The notes beneath the pieces were generated by a model. It did no database searches. It was not told the DNA's origin and saw nothing but the letters and a program-made list of their open reading frames with translations. Both the position numbers and the translations under genes were made by a program. Shown piece after piece: positions 22,601 through 35,905 of a stretch of 64,000 nucleotides of DNA. Source of the stretch: Leucoraja ocellata. Lineage: Eukaryota. Each line of letters starts with the position of its first letter. Within the stretch, counting starts at the first letter, position 1. The stretch lies in the NCBI GenBank assembly GCA_036785375.1, contig JAWMAR010000070.1, forward strand, positions 7,502,001-7,566,000, given 5' to 3'.

Positions 22601-25600
22601 GGTGAATTTGCCGGCTGGACCAGCGCCTCCTGCTGGGGCACCCACAGCCGTGCTGGACGAGGTCAGTCTGAATGTGTGTCCGTAGGTGGGGAAACCCACA
22701 TTCAACTTCTCCACTGGAGCCCCCTTGCTCTTCCAGTAGTTCATGGCGTATTCCTGCAGGGACACAGTTGGCATCAAAGGCTCATGTTTACGTTTAGGTT
22801 TATTATTATCACGTGTACCGAGGCACAGTCAAAAGTCTCCAAACAGATCAGATGATACCGTACATAAATACAATCAAATCAAACTCGGGTACAATAGGTA
22901 GAACAAAGGGGAAGATACAGAGTGAAGAATATAGTTCTCAGCATCGTAGCGCATCAGTTCCAGAGACAAAGTCCAATGTCCGCAATGGGGTAGAGGTGAA
23001 TCGGACAGTACCCTAGCTTATGGAAGGACCGTTCAGAAGCCTGATAGCAGAGGGGAAGGAGCTGTTCCTGAGTCTGGTGGTGCGCGCTTTCAAGCTTCTG
23101 TACCTTCTGCTAGACCAGGGAGAAGGAGAAATGACTGGGGTGGGACAAGTCTTTGTTCTGTTGGCTGCTTTTCTGAGGCAGCGTGAAGTGTAGATGGAGT
23201 TAATGGTGGGGAGTGTGGTCTGTGTGATGGACTGGGCTCCATCCACAACTCCCTGCAATTTCTTGTGGTCTTGGGCTAAGAGCTGTTCCCATACCTAGTT
23301 GTGATGCAACTCCACAGTCTGCTCCCCGTGGTGTATGGAACAGTTATATGGACTTGACAAAATGGGTTTATTAATTCGGAGAGAGGAGTTGAAAAAGTTG
23401 AGCAGGATTTATTTTTCTTGAGCACTTACCACATTGAAGTAGAGGTTGGTTGTATCCTGGTTATTAGGCAGGGGATAGAGGGGGCTGTTCTCTCCAGTAA
23501 CGTGGCTCCAGGGACCATAGAAATCGTAGGTCATCACGTTGAAGAAGTCAACTACCCTGCAAGAGAGGAGACGGGTCACCCTGATACTCCATGCACCAAA
23601 TTAACATCAGAATGCAGAACAGTACAACACAGGAACAGGCCCTTCTGCCCACAATGTCCGTGCCAAACATGACAAGATAAACTCATCTCCTCTGTCTACA
23701 CGTGATCCATATCCCTCCATTCTTTGTATATCTATAAGCCTCTTAAACACCACTATCGTATCTGCCTCCACCACCACCCCTGGCAGCGCGTTCCTGGCAC
23801 CCACCACTATCTCTGTAAAAAAAAAACATGCACATCTCCTTTAAACTTGAACATGATGCCAAGTCCATCACTTATCTACCTGCATATCACCAACATCCCT
23901 CCATGCCTGGCATGATCATGTGCCTATCTAAAGATCTTTTAAATGCCATTAACGTATCTGTTTCAACCACCACCCCAGCAGGTTCTGACTGTCTACACTA
24001 TCTATGCATCTAGTGATTTTATAAATTTCTATCAAGTCTCTCCTCAACCTCTGACGTTCCAGAGGAAACAATGTAAATTTGTCGAACCTCTCCCTGTAGC
24101 TAATCCCCTCTAATCCAGGCAGCGCTCTGGTAACTCTCCTCTGAACCGTCTCTAAAGCCTCCACATGCTTCCTGTAATGGAGACGACCAGACCTGCACGC
24201 AATGCTCTAAATGCCTCCTGGCTAAAGACCTACAGAGCTGCAAGTTGGCTTCCTGACTCTCACACTCAATGCCCCGACTGATGAAGGCATTGAATGCATT
24301 AGGGTTGTGGATGGATCTCAATCACCGTGCTGGAAGCTCCCACCATTGAAATTGTGGAGCCATGAAAAACTAGTTCAAATACGACGTCAAACTCGCTAAA
24401 TGCCCACAGGAAAAGTTGGGCTTCTTTGCATGTGGAAGGACACTCACTGGCCGAGCTGAGGAACCTCATAGCCAGTATCGATGTTGTTCTTCCCACCAGC
24501 AACGGCAGCCGAGAGCAGCAGTCGTGGCTTTCCTGCGCTTTTCCCTTCGGCCTCGAAGGCAGCCATCAGCTCCTGTGGGTCAGAGAGATCGAGGGCTCCT
24601 TTAGCAAGAGGTCAAGTCTAGTCTTAGAAAGGGTCCCGACCCGAAACATCGCCTATCCTCTTTCCTCAGAGATGCTGCCTGACCCGCTGAGTTACTCCAA
24701 CACTTTGTGTCAATTTCAATTTTAGTTTAGTTTAGTCTAGAGTAACTCAGCGGGTCAGGCAGCATCTGTGGAGAACATGGATAGGTGACGTTTCACAGAG
24801 TGCTGGAGTAACTCAGCGGGTCAGGCAGCATCTGTGGAGAACATGGATAGGTGACGTTTCACAGAGTGCTGGAGTAACTCAGCGGGTCAGGCAGCATCTG
24901 TGGAGAACATGGATAGGTGACGTTTCACAGAGTGCTGGAGGAACTCAGCGGGTCAGGCAGCATCTGTGGAGAACATGGATAGGTGACGTTTCACAGAGTG
25001 CTGGAGTAACTCAGCGGGTCAGGCAGCATCTGTGGAGAACATGGATAGGTGACGTTTCACAGAGTGCTGGAGTAACTCAGCGGGTCAGGCAGCATCTGTG
25101 GAGAACATGGATAGGTGACGTTTCACAGAGTGCTGGAGTAACTCAGCGGGTCAGGCAGCATCTGTGGAGATAAAGGATAGGTTTGGCCTGAGTTTGGCCC
25201 ATTTATTTTAAAGAAACTCATAGTGAGATGTACTTGACCGCACCTGAGCCAGGACAGTGTAGAGATGCTTGTCAACGGGAGGACTTCCTCGAGATCCAGG
25301 ATATTCCCAGTCGATGTCCAGACCGTCAAAGCCGTACCCTCTAAGGAAGGCGATGACTGACTTGATGAAGATTTGCCGAGTTCCTGATGAGGCGACCATC
25401 GCGGTGAATCTGCAGGAGGGATGGATGTGGGGAGAGGAGTTAGAAATTAAATGTGCCGGAGACACAAGGAACTGTAGTAACGGCCGCTGTACTCAGTGAC
25501 CCAGTGAATCTGCTGTTATATCCTATCATGTACAGATTCACCCTCGCCTTTATTAAATGTTCGTGGTTAAAAAATTACTCCTTTCTCCTGCTATTATCCC

Positions 25601-28600
25601 AAGTTTCATGTGAAATTATTATTTCTGAAAATGACGTTTAGTTCAGAGATATGGCGTGGAAACATGCCCTTCGGCCCCCCCCCACTCTGCACCGACCAGC
25701 GATCTTTGCTCACTAACACTATCCTACACACACAAGGGACAATTTACATTTATAACAAGCCAATTAACCTACAAATTTGTACGTCTTTGGAGTGTGGGAG
25801 CAAACTGAAGATCTCTGAGAAAACCCAGGAGGTCACAGCGAGAACGTACAAACTCCGTACAGACAGCACCCGTAGTCAGGATCGAACCTGGGTCTCTGGT
25901 GCTGTAAGCGCAATAAGGCAGCAACTCTACCGCTGTGCCACACACTATTGAAAGGATTCTTTCTGGAAATTATGTTCTTTTACTGTTTGGCAAGCAATAT
26001 CCTGCACTGTTCAAATTGCAAACTGCTCTGTTTAATAATATTCCTGAAACAGTTCACTGTAAAATTATCCCCTCAATATTTATCTCTGTGTATATCATTA
26101 CCAAACACACCCACTGTTCACGTCAGACACATGAAACTGCAGGTGCCGGTTTACTAAAAGAAAAGACACAAAGTGCTGGAGTAAATCAGCGGGTCAGGCA
26201 GCATCTCTGGAGAACATGGATAGGTGACGATTCTGGTCAAGATCCTTCTTCAGGCTGAGTTACTGAGGAGTTACTCCAGCACGTTGTGTCTTTCAATATT
26301 CATTCCATATCACAGTCAATTGGAAAATAACTTTTTTTAATCTAATGCTAACGTAAAAAGTTTCCATCTTACTTCTGGGTGCCAAAGTTCCAGCCTCCAA
26401 TGGACAGCAGAGTCTTGAGGTTTGCATTCCTTAAAAAAAATAGACAAAATGTGGTTTTGGAATGATGTTTAGAACAACAAAACATTTTTCAGAACTTCTC
26501 AGGAACTTCTGGATCTGTTTTTTTCGCCCCTTTGGTGTTACATTTAGTTGAGGGGATTTGCCTTAGTCTGGATCTCAAGGGGGTCACAGAAAATGAGGTG
26601 CAAGTTCATGCAACAAGGCTTCATAAGCAATGGGCCAGTCCCACTATGTGGGCTGAAGGGCCTATTTCCTCAATGATTCTGTTGGCCGGTCCAATAGCTT
26701 TCTCCTGAATATCCCCCTGGACCAAGTCACCTTTCAGACAGGGGAGGTGGATAAGATGAGAAAACCTTCAACAAATGGATGTGTAACAGGGTCATGTCAA
26801 AGACCCTGCTGACCATCGATCACCCATTCACACCAGTGCTATTTCATCCCACTTTCTCATCCACTCCCTATGCACTTGGGGCAAATTGTAGAGGCCAATT
26901 AATCTAGAAACCCTTTGGAATGTGGGAGAAAACCGGTAATCCAGAGAAAACCCTCACGGTCTTATGGCAAACGTGCAAACTCCACACAAACAGTGCCTGT
27001 GGCGTCGCGAGGCAGTGGCTCTACCCGCTGCGCCACTGTGCTGCCCGGTACTTACAACAGATGGAATCTTGCCACATACGCTTCCAAACGATAATAAACT
27101 AAACTAAACTAAATTAACTGTGGAATATGGATTTGGGGAATATCCAATACAGTGTCTGGTTAGCACACAACAAAAACCTTTCACTGTACCTCTGTACATG
27201 TGACAATGAACTAAACTGGACAATGTAAACATCGCAACAATGTCCGGCATTTGAGAAACAAGGTTAGTATTTATTCAGCAACTGTACTTGTTCTTCAGGC
27301 TGTTGATCTCCTTGTAGAGTTTTGGGTCGTTCCATTCGTAGGTGGCGATCTGGTTGCTCCTCATTCCAGCGAAGGCGTAGATGATGTGCGTGCAGAGGCA
27401 AGGGTCCACGCTCTGGGGCATGTATTTACCCTCTCCTGGTCTGTACTGTGCCCAGTTGGTGAAGTAACACACCAGCCTGTAGGCAGAGCCTGGGCAAGGG
27501 AGAGACAGGGTGGTCAGGACAATGTCTCAGTGGCACTCACACAAAGCAAAGCAAAGCAAGGCTGCAAATGCACAAAGACTCACCCAGTTGCAGGCAGGCC
27601 AGTAAAACCACCGCTGGAACAGAAAACAGAGAACAGCGTGTTAGGATTATGACAAACCGTAATAAATCAGGGGTTACGGCTGAACAATGGTCGGCATGGA
27701 CTCCGTGGGCCGAAGGGCCTTGTTTCCATACTGTATCTCTAAACTAAACCTTTCCTATCCCATGTACCTGTCCAAATTTCTTTTAAATGTTATTAAATGT
27801 TAAATGTCAACAAAATGGAGAGCGTACAGAGGAGATTTACTAGAATGTTGCCTGGGTTTCAGCAACTAAGTTACAGAGAAAGGTTGAACAAGTTAGGGCT
27901 TTATTCTTTGGAGCGCAGAAGGTTAAAGGGGGACTTGATAGAGGTTTTTAAAATGATGAGAGGGATAGACAGAGGTGACGTGGAAAAGCTTTTCCCACTG
28001 AGAGTAGGCAAGATTCAAACAAGGGGACATTACTTGAGAATTAAGGGACTGAAGTTTAGGGGTAACATGAGGGGGAACTTCTTTACTCAGAGAGTGGCGG
28101 CTGTGTGGAATGAGCTTCCAGTGAAGGTGGTGGAGGCAGGTTCGTTTTTATCATTTAAAAATAAATTGGATAGTTATATGGATGGGATGGGAATGGAAGG
28201 TTATGGTCTGAGCGCAGGTATATGGGACTAGGGGAGGATATGTGTTCGGCACGGACTAGAAGGGTCGAGATGGCCTGTTTCCGTGCTGTAATTGTTATAT
28301 GGTTATATGGTTATTATACTTGCCTCATCTACCTCCTCTGGCAGATCATTCCATATACTCACCACCCTCTGGGCAACAGGTTAGAGTCATAGTCACACAG
28401 CGCAGAAACAGGCCCTTTGGCCCAATTTGTCCATGCTGACCATCTAAGCTTGTGCCAGTTGCCCCTGGGTTCACCTTTAAATCTTTGCCCTCTCACCTTC
28501 AGTGTCAATGCCCCTGTAGTTTTAGACTCCCCTTCCCTGGAGAAAGGCAGAGACCATCCTTCATATCTCTGCCCCTCGTGACCTTCTAAACGTCTTAAGA

Positions 28601-29247
28601 AGTCAAACCTCAACCTCCATCACTCAGGGGGCTCCACTCCATTGCTAGTGTTGGGACTGAGGACTTGGCAAACCAGCACACACTGGGAGCAGAAGGTGGG
28701 GACACGGGAGAGTAGGAACATCATCTCCACAGAGTTCCAGCAACCTTCAACTGAAGATGGACACAGAGTGCTGGAGTAACTCAGCGGGTCAGGCAGCATC
28801 TGTGGAGAACATGGATAGGTGACGTTTCACAAAGTGCTGGAGTAACTCAGTGGGTCAGGCAGCATCTGTGGAGAACATGGATAGGTGACGTTTCACAGAG
28901 TGCTGGAGTAACTCAGTGGGTCAGGCAGCATCTGTGGAGAACATGGATAGGTGACGTTTCACAGAGTGCTGGAGCAACTCAGCGGGTCAGGCAGCATCTG
29001 TGGAGAACATGGATAGGTGACGTTTCACAAAGTGCTGGAGTAACTCAGCGGGTCAGGCAGCATCTCCAGAGATAAAGGTTAGATAGAGTCGAGACCCTTC
29101 AGACACCTTTATAATAAAACGTGAGAAACAATTTAACCTGTTCTCATCAATTAATGTCTAAACCTGATTCTTTCAAAAAGCATTCCAATATCAAAAGGAA
29201 TTAAACAACAAAAGGCTCTTACCTGTTCCAAGAAGTAGCTTTGCCAT
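19645..29247 (-). CDS. chia: Acidic-chitinase-like GH18 chitinase with Gly/Ser linker and one CBM14 (477 aa, 11 coding exons)
   Basis: Exons, all GT-AG with consistent phases: 29247-29223, 27613-27584, 27489-27288, 26429-26373, 25409-25244, 24572-24448, 23556-23430, 22753-22571, 21859-21743, 20573-20435, 19907-19645 (1434 nt). Motifs [46 protein letters not shown]. Confidence 0.95.
20885..21190 (+). mobile_element. tRNA-derived V-SINE (HE1-like), representative of many copies (e.g. 19135-19420, 25630-25945, 36560-36875, 49630-49910)
   Basis: A-box TGGCGCAGCGG, B-box-like region, central GGAGTTTGTACGTTCTCC domain, CR1-like tail GGGCCGAAGGGCCTGTTTC and (CTAAA)n end. Confidence 0.8.
24740..25170 (+). 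repeat. Tandem array of a 66-bp unit (~6.5 copies) in chia intron
   Basis: Unit AGTAACTCAGCGGGTCAGGCAGCATCTGTGGAGAACATGGATAGGTGACGTTTCACAGAGTGCTGG; copies nearly identical. Confidence 0.95.
27805..28310 (+). mobile_element. CR1-clade LINE 3' fragment (HER1-like); similar fragments at ~13120-13490, 29796-30329, 41468-41848, 46262-46680, 53150-53570
   Basis: ORF2 C-terminus [13 protein letters not shown]...[18 protein letters not shown]...RNFFTQRV..WN; microsatellite tails. Confidence 0.9.
28762..29066 (+). repeat. 66-bp tandem array (~4.5 copies); further arrays at ~30330-30760, 32766-33022, 35550-35720, 39690-39860, 40030-40250
   Basis: Same unit as 24740-25170. Confidence 0.9.
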
Positions 29248-29282
29248 CTTGTTACTGTTGCTGACTAGACCTGAGCTGCCTC

Positions 29283-29405
29283 TTTTATACAATGAGCTTA
29301 TCACGAACAATAATCCAATCTGTTTGTCATTCCCTTTATCAGAGTGAAAGGGCAGTCACGATGATCCTCCTGCTATTTACAAAGGGAAAATAATAGTTCT
29401 TATCT
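29283..29405 (-). promoter_or_regulatory. chia core promoter: TATA box and clustered GATA motifs
   Basis: TATAAAA 29283-29289, ~40 nt upstream of the ATG; GATAA at ~29298-29302, ~29336-29340 and ~29400-29404. Confidence 0.65.
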
Positions 29406-30394
29406 TGACTTCAATATTTTCTCTTCAATGTCATTCAGATTGTTCACCTTCATTTTCACCTCAATTTTGTTCCTGAGCATGGTATGGAAAAAACATAGAA
29501 AATAGGTGCAGGAGTAGGCCATGCCGTGAATTGGCCTCCACTGCCATCTGTGGCAGAGAATTCCACAGATTCACAACTCTCTGGGTGAAAAATATTCTCC
29601 TCATCACTGTCCTAAATGGCCTTCTCTCTCCTTCACCTACTTAGTTTAGAGATCCAGCATGGAAACAGGCCCCATCGGCACGCTGGGACCACGGCAACCA
29701 GCGATTATGCGTTCACAGTAGATCGATGTTTTCCCTCTTTCTCATCCACTCCCTACTCACTAGGGTGCAATTTACAGAGGGTCATTTGGCCTACAAACAT
29801 AGAAACGTAGAAATTAGGTGCAGGAGTAGGCCATTCGGCCCTTCGAGCCTGCACCGCCATTCAATATGATCATGGCTGATCATCCAACTCAGTATCCCGT
29901 ACCTGCCTTCTCTCCATACCCCCTGATCCCCTTAGCCACAAGGGCCACATCCAACTCCCTCTTAAATATAGCCAATGAACTGGCCTCGATTACGCTCTGT
30001 GGCAGAGAGTTCCAGAGATTCACCACTCTCTGTGTGAAAAAAGTTCTTCTCATCTCGGTTTTAAAGGATTTCCCCCTTATCCTTAAGCTGTGACCCCTTG
30101 TCCTGGACTTCCCCAACATCGGGAGCAATCTTCCTGCATCTAGCCTGTCCAACCCCTTAAGAATTTTGTAAGTTTCTATAAGATCCCCTCTCAATCTCCA
30201 AAATTCTAGAGAGTATAAACCAAGTCTATCCAGTCTTTCTTCATAAGACAGTCCTGACATCCCAGGAATCAGTCTGGTGAACCTTCTCTGCACTCCCTCT
30301 ATGGCAATAATGTCCTTCCTCAGATTTGAAACGTCACCTATCCACGTCCTCCAGAGATGCTGCCTAACCCCCTGAGTTACTCCAGCACTCTGTG

Positions 30395-33300
30395 AAACGT
30401 CACCTATCCACGTTCTCCACAGATGCTGCCTGACCCACTGAGTTATGGTGCAGCAGCATCTATGGAGCTAAGGAAATAGGCAACGTTTCATGGCCGAAAC
30501 CCTTCTGGAAATAGGCAACGTTTCGGGCCGAAACCCTTCTGGGTTTCGGCCCGAAACGTTGCCTATTTCCTTAGCTCCATAAATGCTGCCTGACCCGCTG
30601 AGTTACTCCAGCACTCTGTGAAACGTCACCTATCCATGTTCTCCACAGATGCTGCCTGACCCACTGAGTTACTCCAGCACTCTGTGAAACGTCACCTATC
30701 CATGTTCTCCACAGATGCTGCCTGACCTGCTGAGTTACTCCAGCAGTTTGTGTCCTTTTGTGTATTAACCAGTATCTTCACTTCCTTGTTTCTGCCAAAG
30801 ATATCTCTTGGATGAGGCCAAATGAGCATTGAAGCTTAAAACCAAGGAAGTTGGTCATGTTTAGTTATCCCCATTATGGTCAACAGTCAAAGAAGTTCAG
30901 TTCAGTTTAGTTTATTGTCCCGTGTACCGAGATACAGTGAAAAGCTTTTGTTGGGTGCTAACCAGAAAGTGGAAAGACAATACATGATTACAATTGGGCC
31001 GTTTACAGTGTACAGATACATGATAAGGGAATAACATTCAGTGCAAGGTAAAGCCAGCAAAGTCCGATCAAAGATAGTCCGAGGGTCACCAATGAGGTCG
31101 ATACTAGTACAGTACTGCTCTCTAGTTGCGATAGGATGATTCAGTTGCCTGATAACAGCCGGGAAGAAACTGTCCCTGAATCTGGAGGTGTGTGCGTGCC
31201 TTTTCACATTTCTGTACCTTTTGCCTGATGAGAGAGGGGAGATGAGGGAGTGGCCAGGGTGAGACTGGTCCTTGATGATGCTGCTGGCCTTGCTGAGGCA
31301 GCGTGAGGTGTAGATGGAGTCAATGGAAGGGAGGTTGGTTTGCGTCTGGGCTGCGCCTACAATTTGCTGCAATTTCTCGCGGTCTTGGATGGAACGGTGC
31401 CCAAACATTGCTGTGATGCATCGCGATAAAATGCTTTTTGTGGAGCATCTGTAGTTGTAGGGGAGATGCCAAACTTCCTAAGGCTTCTAAGGAAGTAGAG
31501 TCGTTGGTGTGCTATCTTGCTGTAGCCTCAACCTTAAGTTGCTATTGGTGGCGCACGTTATTATTGTTACATGTACCAAGATACAGTGAGAAGTTGTGTT
31601 TGTGTCGTCATTTCATTATTTGCAAAGGATATCTTGCAGCTTACGCAAAAGTGGGCATGTGATTCTTTCACCAGATTACTCGCATCTGTTAACTCAGCCC
31701 CAAGGTCTTTCCTTTATTCTTGACAAACATGTGCCAATTTATTCCATTCACACGTTTGCTGAAACGATAAGAACAAAACAACTTTTCTGCACGTGCCAGA
31801 GAAAAAAACCCCACAGAAAATAGGTACAGGAGTAGGCCATTCGGCCCTTCGAACCAGCACCGCCATTCAATATGATCATGGCTGATCATCCCCAATCAGT
31901 ACCCCGTTCCTGCCTACTACTCCCCATTTATCCCTTGATTCCATTAGCCCTAAGAGCTCTATCTAACTCTCTCTTGAAAACATCCAGTGAACTGGCCTCC
32001 ACTGCCTTCTGTGGCAGAGAATTCCACAGATTCACAACTCTCTGGCTGAAAAACGTTTTCCTCATCTCAGTGCTAAATGGCCGACCCCTTATTCTACCCT
32101 CTCCTTCACTAACTCGGTTTAGAGATGCAGCATGGAAACAGGCCCTTCGGCCCATCGTGTCCACGCCGACCAGCGATCACCCGTCCACAGTGGATCGGTT
32201 TTTCCAGTTTGTCATCCACTCCCTACGCACTAGGAGCAATTTACAGAGGGTCAATTGGCCCACAAACCAGCACGTCTTTGGGATGTGGGAGGAAACCAGA
32301 GCGCCTGGAGAAAGCCCATGCAGTCACAGGAAAAATGTGCAAACTCATCTCAGTCCTAAATGGCCAACCCCTTATTCATAAACTGTGACCCCTGGTTCTG
32401 GACTCCCCCCAACATTGGGAATTTTTTTTTCTGCATCTAGCCTGTCCAATCCCTTAAGAATTTTATATTAAGTGCATTGCTTTAAAATGAGGGGGGCAAG
32501 TTTAAAGGAGATGTGTGGGGTAGATTTATTTTCCACAGAGGGTGGTGGGTGCCTGAAGAATTCTGCCAGGGGTGGTGGTGGAGGCACATACGATAGTGGT
32601 GATTAGGCAGGCACATGGAGTGGAGGGATATGGATCATGGTTAACGTATGATGAGCATTTGAAGGCACTGGGTCTGTTCTCGCTTGAGTTTAGAAGGATG
32701 AGGGGGAACCTCATTGAAACTTACCGAATAGTAATAGTAAATAATTAATAGTAAAATACCAAACTCACCTATCCATGTTCCCCGAAGATGCTGCCTGACC
32801 CGCTGAGTTACTCCAGCACTCTGTGAAACGTCACCTATCCATGTTCTCCACAGATGCTGCCTGACCCACTGAGTTACTCCAGCACTCTGTGAAACGTCAC
32901 CTATCCATGTTCTCCACAGATGCTGCCTGACCCGCTGAGTTACTCCAGCACTCTGTGAAACGTCACCTATCCATGTTCTCCACAGATGCTGCCTGACCCG
33001 CTGAGTTACTCCAGCACTTTGTGACTTTTAAAATAATTAAATCCAGCATTCGTTTTCCATTTCCATGTTGCCCATTGAACACATTTGAGTCAGTGTCCCT
33101 ACACTGAGTTGATATCACCGTCTATCTGCTCCTCTCTCTCCTCCCCATCACCAGCACGTGAAACCAATCTCTCTCCCACCAATTCCCCCTCTCTCTGTTC
33201 ATAGGTTCTAGGAGCAGAATTAGGCCATTCGGCCCATCAAGTCTACTCCGCCATTCAATCATGGCTGATCTATCTCTCCCTCCCAACCCCATTCTCCTGC

Positions 33301-35905
33301 CTTCTCCCCATAACCCCTGAGACCCGGACTAATCAAGAACCGGTCAAACTGCACTTTAAAAATACCCAATGACTTGTGGCCTCCACAGCCGCCTGTGGCA
33401 AAGAATTCCACAGATTCACCACCCTCTGACCAAAGAAATTCCTCCTCATCTTCTTTCTAAAGCTACGTCCTTTTATTCTAAGGCTGTGCCCTCTGGTCCT
33501 AGACTCTCCCACTAGTGGAAACATCCTCCCCACATCCATTCCATATCCAAGCCTTTTACTATTCGGTAAGTTTCAATGAGGTTCCCCCTCATCCTTCTAA
33601 ACTCAAGCGAGAACAGACCCAGTGCCTTCAAATGCTCATCATACGTTAACCATGATCCATATCCCTCCACTCCATGTGCCTGCCTAATCACCACTATCGT
33701 ATGTGCCTCCACCACCAACCCTGGCAGAATTCTTCAGGCACCCACCACCCTCTGTGGAAAATAAATCTACCCCACACATCTCCTTTAAACTTGCCCCCCT
33801 CATTTTAAAGCTATGTACTTAATATAAAATTGTTAAGGGATTGGACAGGGTAGATGCAGAAAAAAAATTCCCAATGTTGGGGGGAGTCCAGAACCAGGGG
33901 TCACAGTTTATGAATAAGGGGTTGGCCATTTAGGACTGAGATGAGTTTGCACATTTTTCCTGTGACTGCATGGGCTTTCTCCAGGCGCTCTGGTTTCCTC
34001 CCACATCCCAAAGACGTGCTGGTTTATAGGCCAATTGACCCTCTGTAAATTGCTCCTAGTGCGTAGGGAGTGGATGACAAACTAGAAAAACCGATCCACA
34101 GTGAACGGGTGATCGCTGGTCGGCGTGGACACGATGGGCCGAAGGGCCTGTTTCCATGCTGCATCTCTAAACCAAGTTAGCGAAGGAGAGGGTAGAATAA
34201 GGGGTCGGCCATTTAGCACTGAGATGAGGAAAACGTTTTTCACCCAGAGAGTTGCGAATCTGTGAATTCTCTGCCACAGAAGGCAGTGGAGGCCAGTTCA
34301 CTGGATGTTTTCAAGAGAGAGTTAGATAGAGCTCTTAGGGCTAATGGAATCAAGGGATAAATGGGGAGAAAGCAGGAACGGGGTACTGATTTTAGATGAT
34401 CAGCCATGATCATATTGAATGGCGGTGCTGGCTCGAAGGGCCGAATGGCCTACTCCTGTTTTCTGTGGTTTTTTTTCTCTGGCACGTGCAGAAAAGTTGT
34501 TTTGTTCTTATCGTTTCAGCAAACGTGTGAATGGAATAAATTGGCACATGTTTGTCAAGAATAAAGGAAAGACCTTGGGGCTGAGTTAACAGATGCGAGT
34601 AATCTGGTGAAAGAATCACATGCCCACTTTTGCGTAAGCTGCAAGATATCCTTTGCAAATAATGAAATGACGACACAAACACAACTTCTCACTGTATCTT
34701 GGTACATGTAACAATAATAACGTGCGCCACCAATAGCAACTTAAGGTTGAGGCTACAGCAAGATAGCACACCAACGACTCTACTTCCTTAGAAGCCTTAG
34801 GAAGTTTGGCATCTCCCCTACAACTACAGATGCACCACAAAAAGCATTTTATCGCGATGCATCACAGCAATGTTTTGGGCACCGTTCCATCCAAGACCGT
34901 GAGAAATTGCAGCAAATTGTGGACGCTGCCCAGACCGTCACACACACAAACCAACCTCCCTTCCATCGCCTCCATCTACACCTCACGCTGCCTCGGCAAG
35001 GCCAGCAGCATCATCAAGGACCAGTCTCACTCTGGCCACTCCCCCGTCTCCCCTCTCTCATCAGGCAAAAGGTACAGAAGTGTGAAATCGCACGCACACA
35101 CCTCCAGATTCAGGGACAGTTTCTTCCCGGCTGTTATCAGGCAACTGAATCATCCTATCGCAACTAGAGAGCGGTGCTGTACTAGTATCGACCTCATTGG
35201 CGACCCTCAGACTATCTTTGATCGGACTTTGCTGGCTTTACCTTGCACTAAACGTTATTCCCTTATCATGTATCTGTACACTGTGGACGGCTCGATTGTA
35301 ATCATGTATTGTCTTTTCACTTTCTGGTTAGCAAGTAACAAAAGCTTTTCACTGTACCTCGGTACACGTGACAATAAACTAAACTGAACTGAACTCCTTT
35401 GAGTGTTGACCATAATGGGTGAACCATGGAGATAAATAAACATGACCAACTTCCTTGGTTTTAAGCTTCAATGCTCATTTGGCCTCATCCAAGAGATATC
35501 TTTGGCAGAAACAAGGAAGTGAAGATACTGTTAATACACAAAAGGACACAAACTGCTGGAGTAACTCAGCAGATCAGGCAGCATCTGTGGAGAACATGGA
35601 TAGGTGACGTTTCACAGAGTGCTGGAGTAACTCAGCAGGTCAGGCAGCATCTGTGGAGAACATGGATAGGTGACGTTTCACAGAGTGCTGGAGTAACTCA
35701 GCGGGTCAGGCAGCATTTATGGAGCTAAGGAAATAGGCAACGTTTCGGGCCGAAACCCTTCCGGGTTTCGGCCCGAAACGTTGCCTATTTCCAGAAGGGT
35801 TTCGGCCATGAAACGTTGCCTATTTCCTTCACTGCATAGATGCTGCTGCACCATAACTCAGTGGGTCAGGCAGCATCTGTGGAGAACATGGATAGGTGAC
35901 ATTTC
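30395..35905. repeat. Large inverted repeat: arms ~30395-32734 and 33556-~35905, spacer ~820 bp
   Basis: Mirror-image ORF pairs (31438-31662 vs 34616-34840; 32526-32714 vs 33576-33764) and colinear reverse-complement sequence with scattered substitutions. Confidence 0.95.

Noticed and set aside
24740-25170. Regular repeats resembling a CRISPR array
   Set aside because: Head-to-tail identical units with no unique spacers, inside a vertebrate intron, with no cas genes.
27797-28231. Many 60-215 aa ORFs in the track as host genes
   Set aside because: They translate CR1/other LINE tails, V-SINEs or the 66-bp repeat and recur at many positions.
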